A DNA stretch of 64,000 nucleotides from Octopus sinensis. Its lineage: Eukaryota. The position numbers were made by a program, and so were the translations under genes. Under the pieces are notes generated by a model. It was given only the letters and a program-made list of their open reading frames with translations, had not been told where the DNA came from and searched no databases. This document shows positions 49,480 to 60,883 of the stretch, one piece after another. The stretch is taken from assembly GCF_006345805.1 (NCBI RefSeq), contig NC_043010.1, positions 20,026,001 through 20,090,000 on the forward strand, given 5' to 3'. Within the stretch, counting starts at the first letter, position 1; each line of letters starts with the position of its first letter.

Positions 49480-50062
49480 TCTCAGCTATGGTCACCATCC
49501 AGTGTCAAGTTAATCACAGAACTTGAGGTGATCCAACGAATCTACACGAAGAAGATAGCCTCTGTGCAGCATATAAGCTACTGGGAAAGACTCAAGAGAT
49601 TAAGACTCTATTCCTTAGAGCGTAGGCGAGAAAGATATGCCATAACATACATCTGGAAGATCCTAGGACTTGTCCCAAACTTTGGCATCAAGAGTTACAC
49701 AAATGCTAGAACTGGGCGCTACTGCATAGTGCCAAGGACTCCAAATTTGCCATCAAGATGTAGGACAAGATACTGTGATAGCTTGGGCTTCAGAGGCCCA
49801 CAGCTCTTCAATATCCTCCCGAAGGACCTGAGAGACCTGCATGGGGTGGACACAGATGTCTCTTCCTGTCAGGTGTCCCAGATGAACCAACTTCACAGCA
49901 GGAGGTGCAGATGAGGGCAGCTGCATTGAACTCTCTCATGCACCAAATGGCAATTGCGAAAAAGCATTCATGAAGTAAAATTATGTAGCAGCACCAAATG
50001 GCGGTGCCCCAGCATGGCCACAGCTCGTGAGCTGAAACTAGATAAAATAAAAATAAAATAAA
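49479..50062 (+). mobile_element. CR1/L2-group LINE 3' end
   Basis: [12 protein letters not shown]...[30 protein letters not shown]...GPQLFNILP, short 3'UTR, A-rich tail. Confidence 0.85.
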
Positions 50063-50078
50063 TGTATACATATATATG

Positions 50079-50141
<63 letters not shown>

Positions 50142-50670
50142 GTATGTATATCTCTTATTATAAAAGGCAGATTTTATCTGCCTCCCTTTGGGAGTTATAC
50201 AAATCTACAATATAGGATTTCTTCAATTACAATTTACCTTGCATTTTTAAGAGTACAATGCATCGCGTCATGCCAGGTCCAGTTTTTAAAATTTAAACTC
50301 CAATTAAGCAAAATTTACAGAAAACTCACATTCTGGTGTGTGTGTCAAATGCTTTTCTTAGTCTGGTTTACAGCACACGCAAACGCACACACACAGTGGG
50401 CAACGAATAAAATGAAAGTAATTGACTTACTGTAGTGAGTGATTCTTTCACTCTGCCTCCCACTTCCACTTTCAACACATAGACACGCAAATATAAATAA
50501 AATTGTAAGCTAACGTGCGTGTGTGTGAGTGGGTGTGTGTGGGTGGCGTGCGCGTGTGTGTGTGTGGTGGGGTGCGTGTGTGTGTGTGTGTGTGTGTGTG
50601 CGTGTGCGTGAGTGTGTGACAGGAAAGTTTTTTTACGACGAATATAACACCTATATCCAAGTAGCAGAAA

Positions 50671-51145
50671 GATAAGACAGTAAGGTGTGATTTGAGGGAG
50701 ATTTGGCTGCTATTTCTACCATGTCTAGCTGCCATGTAGGGGTCTCCCTCATAGGCTCATACATACATTATACATAGATAGACAGTAAGGTGTGATTTGG
50801 GGGAAATTTGGCTGCTATTTCTACCAGGTCTAGCTGCCATGTAGGGGTCTCCCTCATAGGCTCATACATACATATATACATAGATAAGACAGTAAGGTGT
50901 GATTTGGGGGAAATTTGGCTGCTATTTCTACCAGGTCTAGCTGCCATGTAGGGGTCTCCCTCATAGGCTCATACATATATATACATAGATAAGACAGTAA
51001 GGTGTGATTTGGAGGAAATTTGGCTGCTATTTCTACCAGGTCTACCTACCATGTAGAGGTCCCCCTCATTGGCTCATATATATATACATACATAAGACAG
51101 TAAGGTGTGATTTGAGGGAGATTTGGTTGCTGTTTCTACCAGGTC
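50671..51145 (+). repeat. ~106-bp minisatellite, four units plus a partial fifth
   Basis: Units at 50671, 50777, 50883, 50988, 51091; duplicate array 52417-52890. Confidence 0.9.
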
Positions 51146-51509
51146 TGTTAGGCCTTCTCATGTAACTCAAGCTTTCTCATGCCTGAACATAAGACCAAAG
51201 CAGAGAATGTATTCTTTTATTCTTCTGCTTTTTCCAGCCATTGGTCTGTGGCCATGCTGGGGCAATGCCTTGAAGAATTGTAGTTTAATGAATCAACTCC
51301 AGTTTTATTTTTGTAAGCATTGTACTTATTCTATCTGTTTCTTTGTCAAACCACTAGGTGACAGGGATGTAAACAAACCACATTCGTTGTCAAGCAGTGG
51401 TGGAGGACAATCACAAGCACAGACATGCACACACACACACACATACATGCATACACATATACACACATACATACATACATACATATATATATATGTGTGT
51501 ATATATATA

Positions 51510-51830
51510 TTGCAGCGTGGAAGGTGTTTGTAAGCCATTTAAGAAACACACAAAAACCGTTACATTCACTTCAACATTTAAATTTAATTTGCCAAAATAT
51601 TTTCGTCGCTTTCAGACCGCGACCTGTTCACTGACAAAAATATCGTGCTAACAGGTCGCGGTCTCAAAGCGACGAAAATATTTTCACAAATTAAATTTAA
51701 ATGTTGAAGTGAATCTAACGGTTTTTGTGTGTTTCTTAAATGGCTTATAAACACCTTCAACGCTGCAACTGTTTTCGTTCCAGCACACGATCTCAGATCA
51801 AGTCACTTGCTATGCAAGTACATCTCTGTA
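51510..51830. mobile_element. Family 5 fold-back element
   Basis: ~120-bp inverted arms around a ~20-nt spacer; duplicate at about 53255-53577; separated halves at about 32180-32358 and 33500-33620. Confidence 0.75.
51589..51637 (-). ncRNA. Minimal hammerhead-like fold, family 5 (G3-C8 variant)
   Basis: uuguca-GUGAACA-G-GUCGC-9 nt-GCGAC-GAAA-AUAU-UU-uggcaa; 6-bp stem I, 5-bp stem II, palindrome AAUAUU. Confidence 0.65.
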
Positions 51831-53333
51831 ACTATATATATATTTATATATATATATAATATATATATATATGTATATATATATATGTATGTATATCTCT
51901 TATATAAAAAGGCAGATTTTATCTGCCTCCCTTTGGGAGTTATACAAATCTACAATATAGGATTTCTTCATTACAATTTACCTTGCATTTTTAAGAGTAC
52001 AATGCATCGCGTCATGCCAGGTCCAGTTTTTTAAAATTTAAACTCCAATTAAGCAAAATTTACAGAAACCACATTCTGGTGTGTGTGTCAAATGCTTTTC
52101 TTAGTCTGGTTTACAGCACACGCAAACGCACACACACAGTGGGCAACGAATAAAATGAAAGTAATTGACTTACTGTAGTGAGTGATTCTTTCACTCTGCC
52201 TCCCACTTCCACTTTCAACACATAGACACGCAATATATAAATAAAATTGTAAGCTAACGTGCGTGTGTGTGAGTGGGTGGTGTGGGTGTGCGCGTGTGTG
52301 TGTGTGTGTGAGGGTGCGTGTGTGCGTGTGTGGGTGTGTGTGTGTGCGTGTGCGTGAGTGTGTGACAGGAAAGTTTTTTTACGACGAATATAACAACCTA
52401 TATCAAGTAGCAGAAAGATAAGACAGTAAGGTGTGATTTGAGGGAGATTTGGCTGCTATTCTACCATGTCTAGCTGCCATGTAGGGGTCTCCCTCATAGG
52501 CTCATACATACATATACATAGATAGATAAGACAGTAAGGTGTGATTTGGGGGAAATTTGGCTGCTATTTCTACCAGGTCTAGCTGCCATGTAGGGGTCTC
52601 CCTCATAGGCTCATACATACATATATACATAGATAAGACAGTAAGGTGTGATTTGGGGGAAATTTGGCTGCTATTTCTACCAGTCTAGCTGCCATGTAGG
52701 GGTCTCCCTCATAGGCTCATACATACATATATACATAGATAAGACAGTAAGGTGTGATTTGGGGGAAATTGGCTGCTATTTCTACCAGGTCTACCTACCA
52801 TGTAGAGGTCCCCCTCATTGGCTCATTATATATACATACATAAGACAGTAAGGTGTGATTTGAGGGAGATTTGGTTGCTGTTTCTACCAGGTCTGTTAGG
52901 CCTTCTCATGTAACTCAAGCTTTCTCATGCCTGAACATAAGACCAAAGCAGAGAATGTATTCTTTTATTCTTCTGCTTTTTCCAGCCATTGGTCTGTGCC
53001 ATGCTGGGGCAATGCCTTGAAGAATTGTAGTTTAATGAATCAACTCCAGTTTTATTTTTGTAAGCATTGTACTTATTCTATCTGTTTCCTTTGTCAACCA
53101 CTAGGTGACAGGGATGTAAACAAACCAACATCGTTGTCAAGCAGTGGTGGAGGACAATCACAAGCACAGACATGCACACACACACACATACATGCATACA
53201 CATATACACACATACATACATACATACATATATATATATGTGTGTATATATATATTGCAGCGTGGAAGGTGTTTGTAAGCCATTTAAGAAACACACAAAA
53301 ACCGTTACATTCACTTCAACATTTAAATTTAAT

Positions 53334-53382
53334 TTGCCAAAATATTTTCGTCGCTTTCAGACCGCGACCTGTTCACTGACAA
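53334..53382 (-). ncRNA. Minimal hammerhead-like fold, family 5 (G3-C8), duplicate of 51589-51637
   Basis: Identical sequence 1745 bp downstream, inside the tandem duplication. Confidence 0.6.
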
Positions 53383-53589
53383 AAATATCGTGCTAACAGG
53401 TCGCGGTCTCAAAGCGACGAAAATATTTTCACAAATTAAATTTAAATGTTGAAGTGAATCTAACGGTTTTTGTGTGTTTCTTAAATGGCTTATAAACACC
53501 TTCAACGCTGCAACTGTTTTCGTTCCAGCACACGATCTCAGATCAAGTCACTTGCTATGCAAGTACATCTCTGTAACTATATATATATT

Positions 53590-53620
<31 letters not shown>

Positions 53621-53683
53621 TGGTAAAAACAGTAAGATAACAAAAGAAAGAAAGAGACCTCAATATTATGTAAATAGAGGAAA

Positions 53684-54076
53684 TCTTTATATATAAAAGT
53701 GAGGTTGTGTGTCTGTCTCCTACGATTTAGATTCCTAACTACTCCCACATTTTGCGGTGCAGTTTAACCAAAACCGGGTATCTTATAGTCGTGATTCATA
53801 TCGAGACCGTCTGGGTATTAGCGCGCGTCTACGATGAGTCTACGATTTAAAAAAAAATTTACCATCAATTTTTCCCATTTTTAATCCATTTTTGACATAT
53901 ATAAGGGAAGTAACTCTCTAAAATTTATTATTAAATCTCAGAACGTAAAAGCTACAGTAACACCCCTCCCCCTTTGTGGTTAGCCATATTGAGATGGCTA
54001 TTATACTTTACATCTCTAAAAATGCTTATATAATTATTTCCTTACAAACCCGAGCAACGCCGGGCGATACTGCTAG
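53684..54076 (+). mobile_element. Non-autonomous Helitron (internally deleted)
   Basis: A|TC 5' end; cccgagcaacgccggg hairpin and CTAG 3' end. Confidence 0.85.
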
Positions 54077-54524
54077 TCTCTTATTATAAAAGGCAGATTT
54101 TATCTGCCTCCCTTGGGAGTTATACAAATCTACAATATAGGATTTCTTCAATTACAATTTACCTAGCAGTTTTGAGAGTACAATACATCGCGTCATGCCA
54201 GGTCCAGTTTTTAAAATTTAAACTCCAATTAAGCAAAATTACAGAAAACTCACATTCTGGTGTGTGTGTCAAATGCTTTTCTTAGTCTGGTTTACACCAC
54301 ACGCAAACGCACACACACAGTGGGCAACGAATAAAATGAAAGTAAATAGCGACAGAGTGATTTGAGAAGACTAAAGTGAAAGTATTCTGTCTATGACGCT
54401 GATAGATACATGAGTAAAATGTATGGGAAGCTAAGAGCTAAGAGTGAGTGAAAATGTTCTTGAAAGAGAGTAATTAGTAATAAAGTAAACATACACTCAT
54501 ACATACATACATACATACATACAT

Positions 54525-54561
<37 letters not shown>

Positions 54562-54886
54562 TACACACACACATACACACACACATACATACACACACAC
54601 ATACATACATACACACATACATACATACATACATACATATACATACATACATACATATACATACATACATACAGACACACACATACACACACACACAGTA
54701 TTGAAGCTTGAGAACAATCAGATACATTTGCAACACATCTGTTGAAAATATTATTGTTCACACACATACATATACATATATACATACAGACAGACAGACA
54801 GATAGACACACACACACACATGATCCAGCATGGCCACAACCTCAAGGCTGAAACATATAAAAGAATAACAGAATATAAATGTGTGC

Positions 54887-55245
54887 AAAGTACAAGAAAT
54901 ATTAATGCAGTATATGGGGATTGGACAATAAGCGTAAGGCAGTGTCAATGGTGGTTCCAGAAATCCCGAGCCATAAACTACAGCCTAGAAGACGAGCCTC
55001 ATCCTGAAAGATCTGTAGAACTCTACAAGGACATTCTGAAAACCCTGGTGGAACAAAATATCATCGTAACTGTTGAGGAACTAGCAGAGAAGCTTGGATT
55101 TGGTCATTCAACCATTCATTGACACCTGTGTGCTATCAGAAAAGTCAGCAAATTGGGTCAATGGGTTTCTCACGAACTTTCCGAGTCTAATTGCATGCAG
55201 AGAGTGAATGTATGCTTTTCTTTGCTGTCATATCTCACCACTACT
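54887..55245 (+). mobile_element. Mariner transposase fragment (5'-deleted copy)
   Basis: STRNINAVYGDWTISVRQCQWWFQK...LAEKLGFGHSTIH...GQWVSHEL. Confidence 0.85.
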
Positions 55246-55257
55246 GCGCTATGTATA

Positions 55258-55895
55258 TCTATATATATAAAACTGTAGTTGTGTGAGTGTCTGTCCCCTT
55301 CGATTTAGATTCCTAACTACTCCCACATTTTGCGGTGCAGTTTAACCAAATTCGGGTAGCTTATAGTCGTGATTCATATCGAGCCCGTCTGAGTATTAGC
55401 GCGCGTCTACGATGAGTCTACGGTTTTAAAAATAATTTAACATCATTTTTTATTCCATTTTAATGCATAATTTTTCGTGTGTCGATGGCGGCGGAGTTGG
55501 CGTCCACGCTCACACCTGCACCTGTGGGGAAGGGAGTGTAAGGAAATCAACGTCGTAATGCGTTGTCAAGGAGACCAGTGTTCTTTTAGAACAACGACTT
55601 CATGGCTTGAAGACACCAAAACAGAAATGGCTAAGAAAGCGTCTACATGAGTCTACGATTTAAAAAAAAATTTACCATCGTTTTTTTTCCATTTTAATGC
55701 ATTTTTTCGCTATTATATAAGGGAAGTAACTCTCTAAAAATGTCTACGATGAGTCAACGATTTAAAAAAAAATTTACCATCATATTTTTTCCATTTTTAA
55801 TGCATTTTTTTGCTATTTTTTGGCTATAACTCTCTAAAAATGCTTATATAGTTATTTCCCTTACAAACCCGAGCAACGCCGGGCGATACTGCTAG
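55258..55895 (+). mobile_element. Non-autonomous Helitron
   Basis: TC start; hairpin + CTAG end. Confidence 0.85.
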
Positions 55896-56407
55896 TATCT
55901 CTTATTATAAAAGGCAGATTTTATCTGCCTCCCTTTGGGAGTTATACAAATCTACAATATAGGATTTCTTCAATTACAATTTACCTAGCAGTTTTGAGAG
56001 TACAATGCATCGCGTCATGCCAGGTCCAGTTTTTAAAATTTAAACTCCAATTAAGCAAAATTTACAGAAAACTCACATTCTGGTGTGTGTGTCAAATGCT
56101 TTTCTTAGTCTGGTTTACACCACACGCAAACGCACACACACAGTGGGCAACGAATAAAGTGAAACTAGATGTAATATTTGTTTCTCTCTATCACGCTGAT
56201 AGATACATGAGTAAAATGTATGGGAAGCTAACACATAAGTGTGAGTGAAAATGTTCTTGGAAGAGAGTAAATAGCCAGAGATAGTGATTTGAAAAAGACT
56301 TTACATTAAATAACCGTAGTGGCTTGTGTTAGTAATAAAGTAAACATACACTCATACATACATACATACATACATACATACATACATACATACATACATA
56401 CATACAT

Positions 56408-56442
<35 letters not shown>

Positions 56443-56821
56443 TACACACACACATACATACATACACACACACATACATACATACACACATACATACATA
56501 CATACATACATATACATACATACATACATATACATACATACATACATACATACACACACACACATACACACACACACAGTATTGAAGCTTGAGAACAATC
56601 AGATACATTTGCAACACATCTGTTGAAAATATTATTGTTCACACACATACATATACATATATACATACAGACAGACAGACAGATAGACACACACACATGA
56701 TCCAGCATGGCCACAACCTCAAGGCTGAAACATATAAAAGAATAACAGAATATAAATGTGTGCATGTGTGTGAGAAAGAGTGTGTGTGTATATGTATGTA
56801 CGTATGTATGTATATATATAT

Positions 56822-57415
56822 AATAATGCGGTTTTTTCAACAGCTTGAACTAAAAGTCAGAGGGGAATGGGATAAACTACTTATATTAAATTGCTATAAA
56901 AGCAGGTAGTAATTTTATCTTGTCCTTATTCATAGTGCAAGTTTTGAAGAGTGCATTTCGATTTTAACAGCTATTTTTTTCAAAGCTATATTGGAAGTAA
57001 CAAAGGAGCATATTTGGCATATTTTGCTTTATGAGTTCAATAAAGACAACAACGCAACGGAAAGTACAAGAAATATTAATGCAGTATATGGGGATTGGAC
57101 AATAAGCGTAAGGCAGTGTCAATGGTGGTTCCAGAAATTCCGAGCCATAAACTACAGCCTAGAAGACGAGTCTCATCCTGAATGATCTGTAGAACTCTAC
57201 AAGGACCACCTGAAAACCCTGGTGGAACAAAATCTCATCGTAACTGTTGAGGAACTAGCAGAGAAGCTTGGATTTGGTCATTCAACCATTCATTGAGACC
57301 TGTGTGCTATCGGAAAAGTCAGAAAATTGGGTCAATGGGTTCCTCACGAACTTTCCGAGTCTAATTGCATGCAGAGACTGAATGTATGCTTTTCTTTGCT
57401 GTCACATCTCACCAC
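56822..57415 (+). mobile_element. Mariner (Hsmar1/SETMAR-like) 5' fragment, pseudogenised
   Basis: Partial TIR-like aataatgcggttttt; EHIWHILLYEFNK...TRNINAVYG...QWWFQKFR...GKVRKLGQWVPHEL (HTH + WVPHEL motif) with stops. Confidence 0.9.
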
Positions 57416-57431
57416 TACTGCGCTATGTGTG

Positions 57432-58064
57432 TCTATATATATAAAACTGTAGTTGTGTGAGTGTCTGTCCCCTTCGATTTAGATTCCTAACTACTCCCAC
57501 ATTTTGCGGTGCAGTTTAACCAAATTCGGGTAGCTTATAGTCATGATTCATATCGAGCCCGTCTGAGTATTAGCGCGCGTCTACGATGAGTCTACGATTT
57601 TAAAAATAATTTAACATCATTTTTATTCCATTTTAATGCATAATTTTCGTGTGTCGATGCGGCGGAGTTGGCGTCCACGCTCACACCTGCACCTGTGGGG
57701 AAGGGGAGTGTAAGGAAACAACGTCGTAATGCGTTGTCAAGGAGACCAGCGTTCTTTTAGAACAACGACTTCATGGCTTGAAGACACCAAAACAGAAATG
57801 GCTAAGAAAGCGTCTACATGAGTCTACGATTTAAAAAAAAATTTACCATCGTTTTTTTTCCATTTTAATGCTTTTTTCGCTATTATATAAGGGAAGTAAA
57901 CTCTCTAAAAATGTCTACGATGAGTCAACGATTTAAAAAAAAATTTACCATCATATTTTTTCCATTTTTAATGCATTTTTTGCTATTTTTGGCTATAACT
58001 CTCTAAAAATGCTTATATAGTTATTTCCCTTACAAACCCGAGCAACGCCGGGCGATACTGCTAG
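57432..58064 (+). mobile_element. Non-autonomous Helitron
   Basis: TC start; hairpin + CTAG end, followed by T. Confidence 0.85.
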
Positions 58065-58520
58065 TATATATATATATCTATATATATATATATGTATATA
58101 TATATATGTATATATATATGTATGTATATATATATATATGTATATATATATATGTATATATAGTATGTATATATATAATATGTATATATATATATGTATA
58201 TATGTATGATATATATATATGTATATATATATGTATGTATATATATATGTATATATATATATCTATATCTATATATATATGTATGTATGTGTATATATAT
58301 ATGTATGTATGTGTATATATATATTATATGGTGTATATATATATATATGTATGTATGTGTATATATATAATGTATGTATGTGTGTATATATTATATATAC
58401 ATATAGGATGTATATATATATGTATGTATGTGTATATAATATTGTATGTATGTATATATATATGTATGTATGTAATATATATATGTATATATATATATGT
58501 ATATATATTATATATATGGT
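58065..58520. repeat. Complex (TA)n/(TATG)n microsatellite
   Basis: Similar tracts at 48900-49213, 49368-49478, 50063-50150, 54495-54697, 56352-56578, 60285-60474. Confidence 0.95.
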
Positions 58521-58679
58521 GTGTGTGATTGTGTATAGAAGAATATATTAATAAAAGGAATTCCAACCTTGTCTGATTTTCACGTTTTATTTACAATATT
58601 ATAATGATATATTATAAGATAATATATTAATAATAGAATAAAATAAAATAAAATAGTAGAATGTTAAATGTTCATTCTG

Positions 58680-60284
58680 ATTGAACTAGTACTTTCATGC
58701 ATTAAATTCTGCAATTTTCGGGTTCATGTAGTAGTGGTGACAGTCATGCTTCACAATTTTTGACTGTAGCAAGATGATTGATTCTGTGCTATAAATACAG
58801 CTGGGTAGGCTCCAGAGTGCTAGGTTTTGCAAACTGTATTCTGACCAATCAGTGTGTAGTATCACTCAGTTACTTAAGCTGATTGGTTGGTTGAGCTGAT
58901 TGGTTTAGGCGTCCTTTGTAAATTGGAGAGATGGGTGTAGGTTGTTCAGGAGATATATATATGTATATATATATACAACCTACACCCATCTCTCCAATTT
59001 ACAAAGGAGATGAGTAGTACCAAATTACCATTCCTAGATATAATGGTAATTAAAAAAGACACCACCATCACCACAGATATATACTATAAACACACAGACA
59101 CACATCAATACCTAAATTTTAAGTCGTGCCATCCACCACATACAAAACGCAACATCCCATACTGCCTAGCCAGAAGAATTTGTACCATTGTAGAAGATGC
59201 AAATATCAGGAACAAACGCCTAATAGAACTAAGAGAATTTTTGCTCAAACAAAAATACCCATCTCTACTTATAGAAAATGGCATACAGCGGGCTATAAAA
59301 ATACCCATACAACAACTTAGGACAACCCAAGGAAGAGGAAAACAAGAACAAGTCATACCATTCATAGTGACACACAACCCATGTCACCAGAATATCTTCA
59401 ACATTGCCAAAGCAAACCTACCAATCATTGCCCAAAGTAATGAATTAAAAGACATAATCACGGATCGAGCTATGATGCTTAGTAAAAGACAGCCTAAAAC
59501 TTGAAAACATTACTAACAAATGCAATGATAGCCGATGTGGCACATGCCAATTCATACATACCGGCCAATATATAAACACAAAAACCGGGAAAATATTCAC
59601 AAACGCGAATATGAACTGCAAAAGCAGAAATTTAATTTGCTGCATCAAATGCCCAAATTGTGAAGAAATACATGTAGGTCAGACGGGAAATGCACTATCT
59701 GAACGCTCACGTGTACACCGGCAACAGATTAGAGACCCAGAGGTCCGTCAGATACCTCTAAGTAACCACCTAGCAACATGTGGCCGGAAAATGTATATAA
59801 TATTTCCGTTCTACAAATTACACAGCCCAAGTGAAATCGAGAGGAAAATCAGAGAAAAGAATTTTATTGATAAATTCGAACCCAAGCTAAATAAGCAATA
59901 ATAATAATACTTAGAGGTACTACTTCTACTGCTACGACCATGACCACTAACAACAACAACAATACTAAAGGTGATCAAAATGAAGATAGCAGGAAAATTA
60001 TCTTATTTAGGGTTAAAAGTTCTATTGCCACCACCATCACCACTAGCAACAATAATTAAGGTGCTGACAATGATGATGATGACAATTGAAATATAAAAAT
60101 CTCTGACAAAGGCTATTTACAACATTTCTAAAAATAACCCAACAATTGGTGCTTCGGCCAGGGTCAAGATACAGGACTCTTGACATGTCCAATAAAGCGT
60201 GACGCCTAAACCAATCAGCTTAAGTAATTGAGTGATACAACACACTGATTGGTCAGAATACAGTTTGCAAAACCTAGCTCTCTG
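58680..60284 (+). mobile_element. Penelope-like retroelement remnant (RT C-terminus + GIY-YIG nuclease) with inverted pseudo-LTR
   Basis: NLHPSLQFTKE...LPFLDIMV...IYYKHTDTHQYLNFKSCHP (58974-59504); NLICCIKCPNC..IHVGQTG..ERSRVHR...ERKIREKNFI (59611-59901); 58813-58913 is the reverse complement of 60201-60284. Confidence 0.9.
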
Positions 60285-60322
<38 letters not shown>

Positions 60323-60474
60323 TATATATATACATACATATATATACATATACATATATATACATATATATATATACACATATATATATATATACATATA
60401 TATACATACATATACATATATATACATATATATATACACATATATATATACATATATATACATACATATACATA

Positions 60475-60574
60475 NNNNNNNNNNNNNNNNNNNNNNNNNN
60501 NNNNNNNNNNNNNNNNNNNNNNNNNNNNNNNNNNNNNNNNNNNNNNNNNNNNNNNNNNNNNNNNNNNNNNNNNN
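60475..60574. other. Assembly gap (about 100 N)
   Basis: Run of N next to a (TA/TACA)n tract. Confidence 0.98.
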
Positions 60575-60658
60575 CATTTTCAATCTATTTGCTAACAGAG
60601 AACACCCTGTTACTTGTGGTACCTTTCCAACAAACGCAGCGATTGCAATGTTATTTAA

Positions 60659-60883
60659 CCCTTTTTGTTACCATATTTCTGTTGAGATGCTTTGTGTTTC
60701 TGTCAATTAATCTTAAATATAACAAAGAATTTAGTAAAATAACTTAATTATCGTTAAGCTAGTGTTAAGAACATGAATTGTGAATAAGGTTTTTGGTGGG
60801 AGATTTTAGTTCAGAACTTTTGAAAACAAGACATTTGTACTTCAGAGCCAGAGGTGGTTTCAGCTGCAATGGTAATGAAAGGG
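60659..60883 (-). mobile_element. piggyBac-like MITE with TTAA TSD
   Basis: TTAA|CCCTTT...GAAAGGG|TTAA; reverse copy of 29222-29442. Confidence 0.75.

Larger units (their letters stand above)
50151..53615 (+). repeat. Tandem duplication of a ~1745-bp composite unit (50151-51895 and 51896-~53615)
   Basis: Near-identical copies, both starting TCTCTTAT; differences are mostly 1-bp indels. Confidence 0.9.

Noticed and set aside
60103-60130. CTGACAA-AGGCT in the Penelope 3' region as a decayed hammerhead
   Set aside because: Stem II 3' strand and GAAA missing, stem I does not pair; too degenerate to call
48800-60750. Many long ORF-track entries rich in YI/CV/HT repeats
   Set aside because: Translations of (TA)n, (CA)n and (CATA)n microsatellites; no splice context or domain
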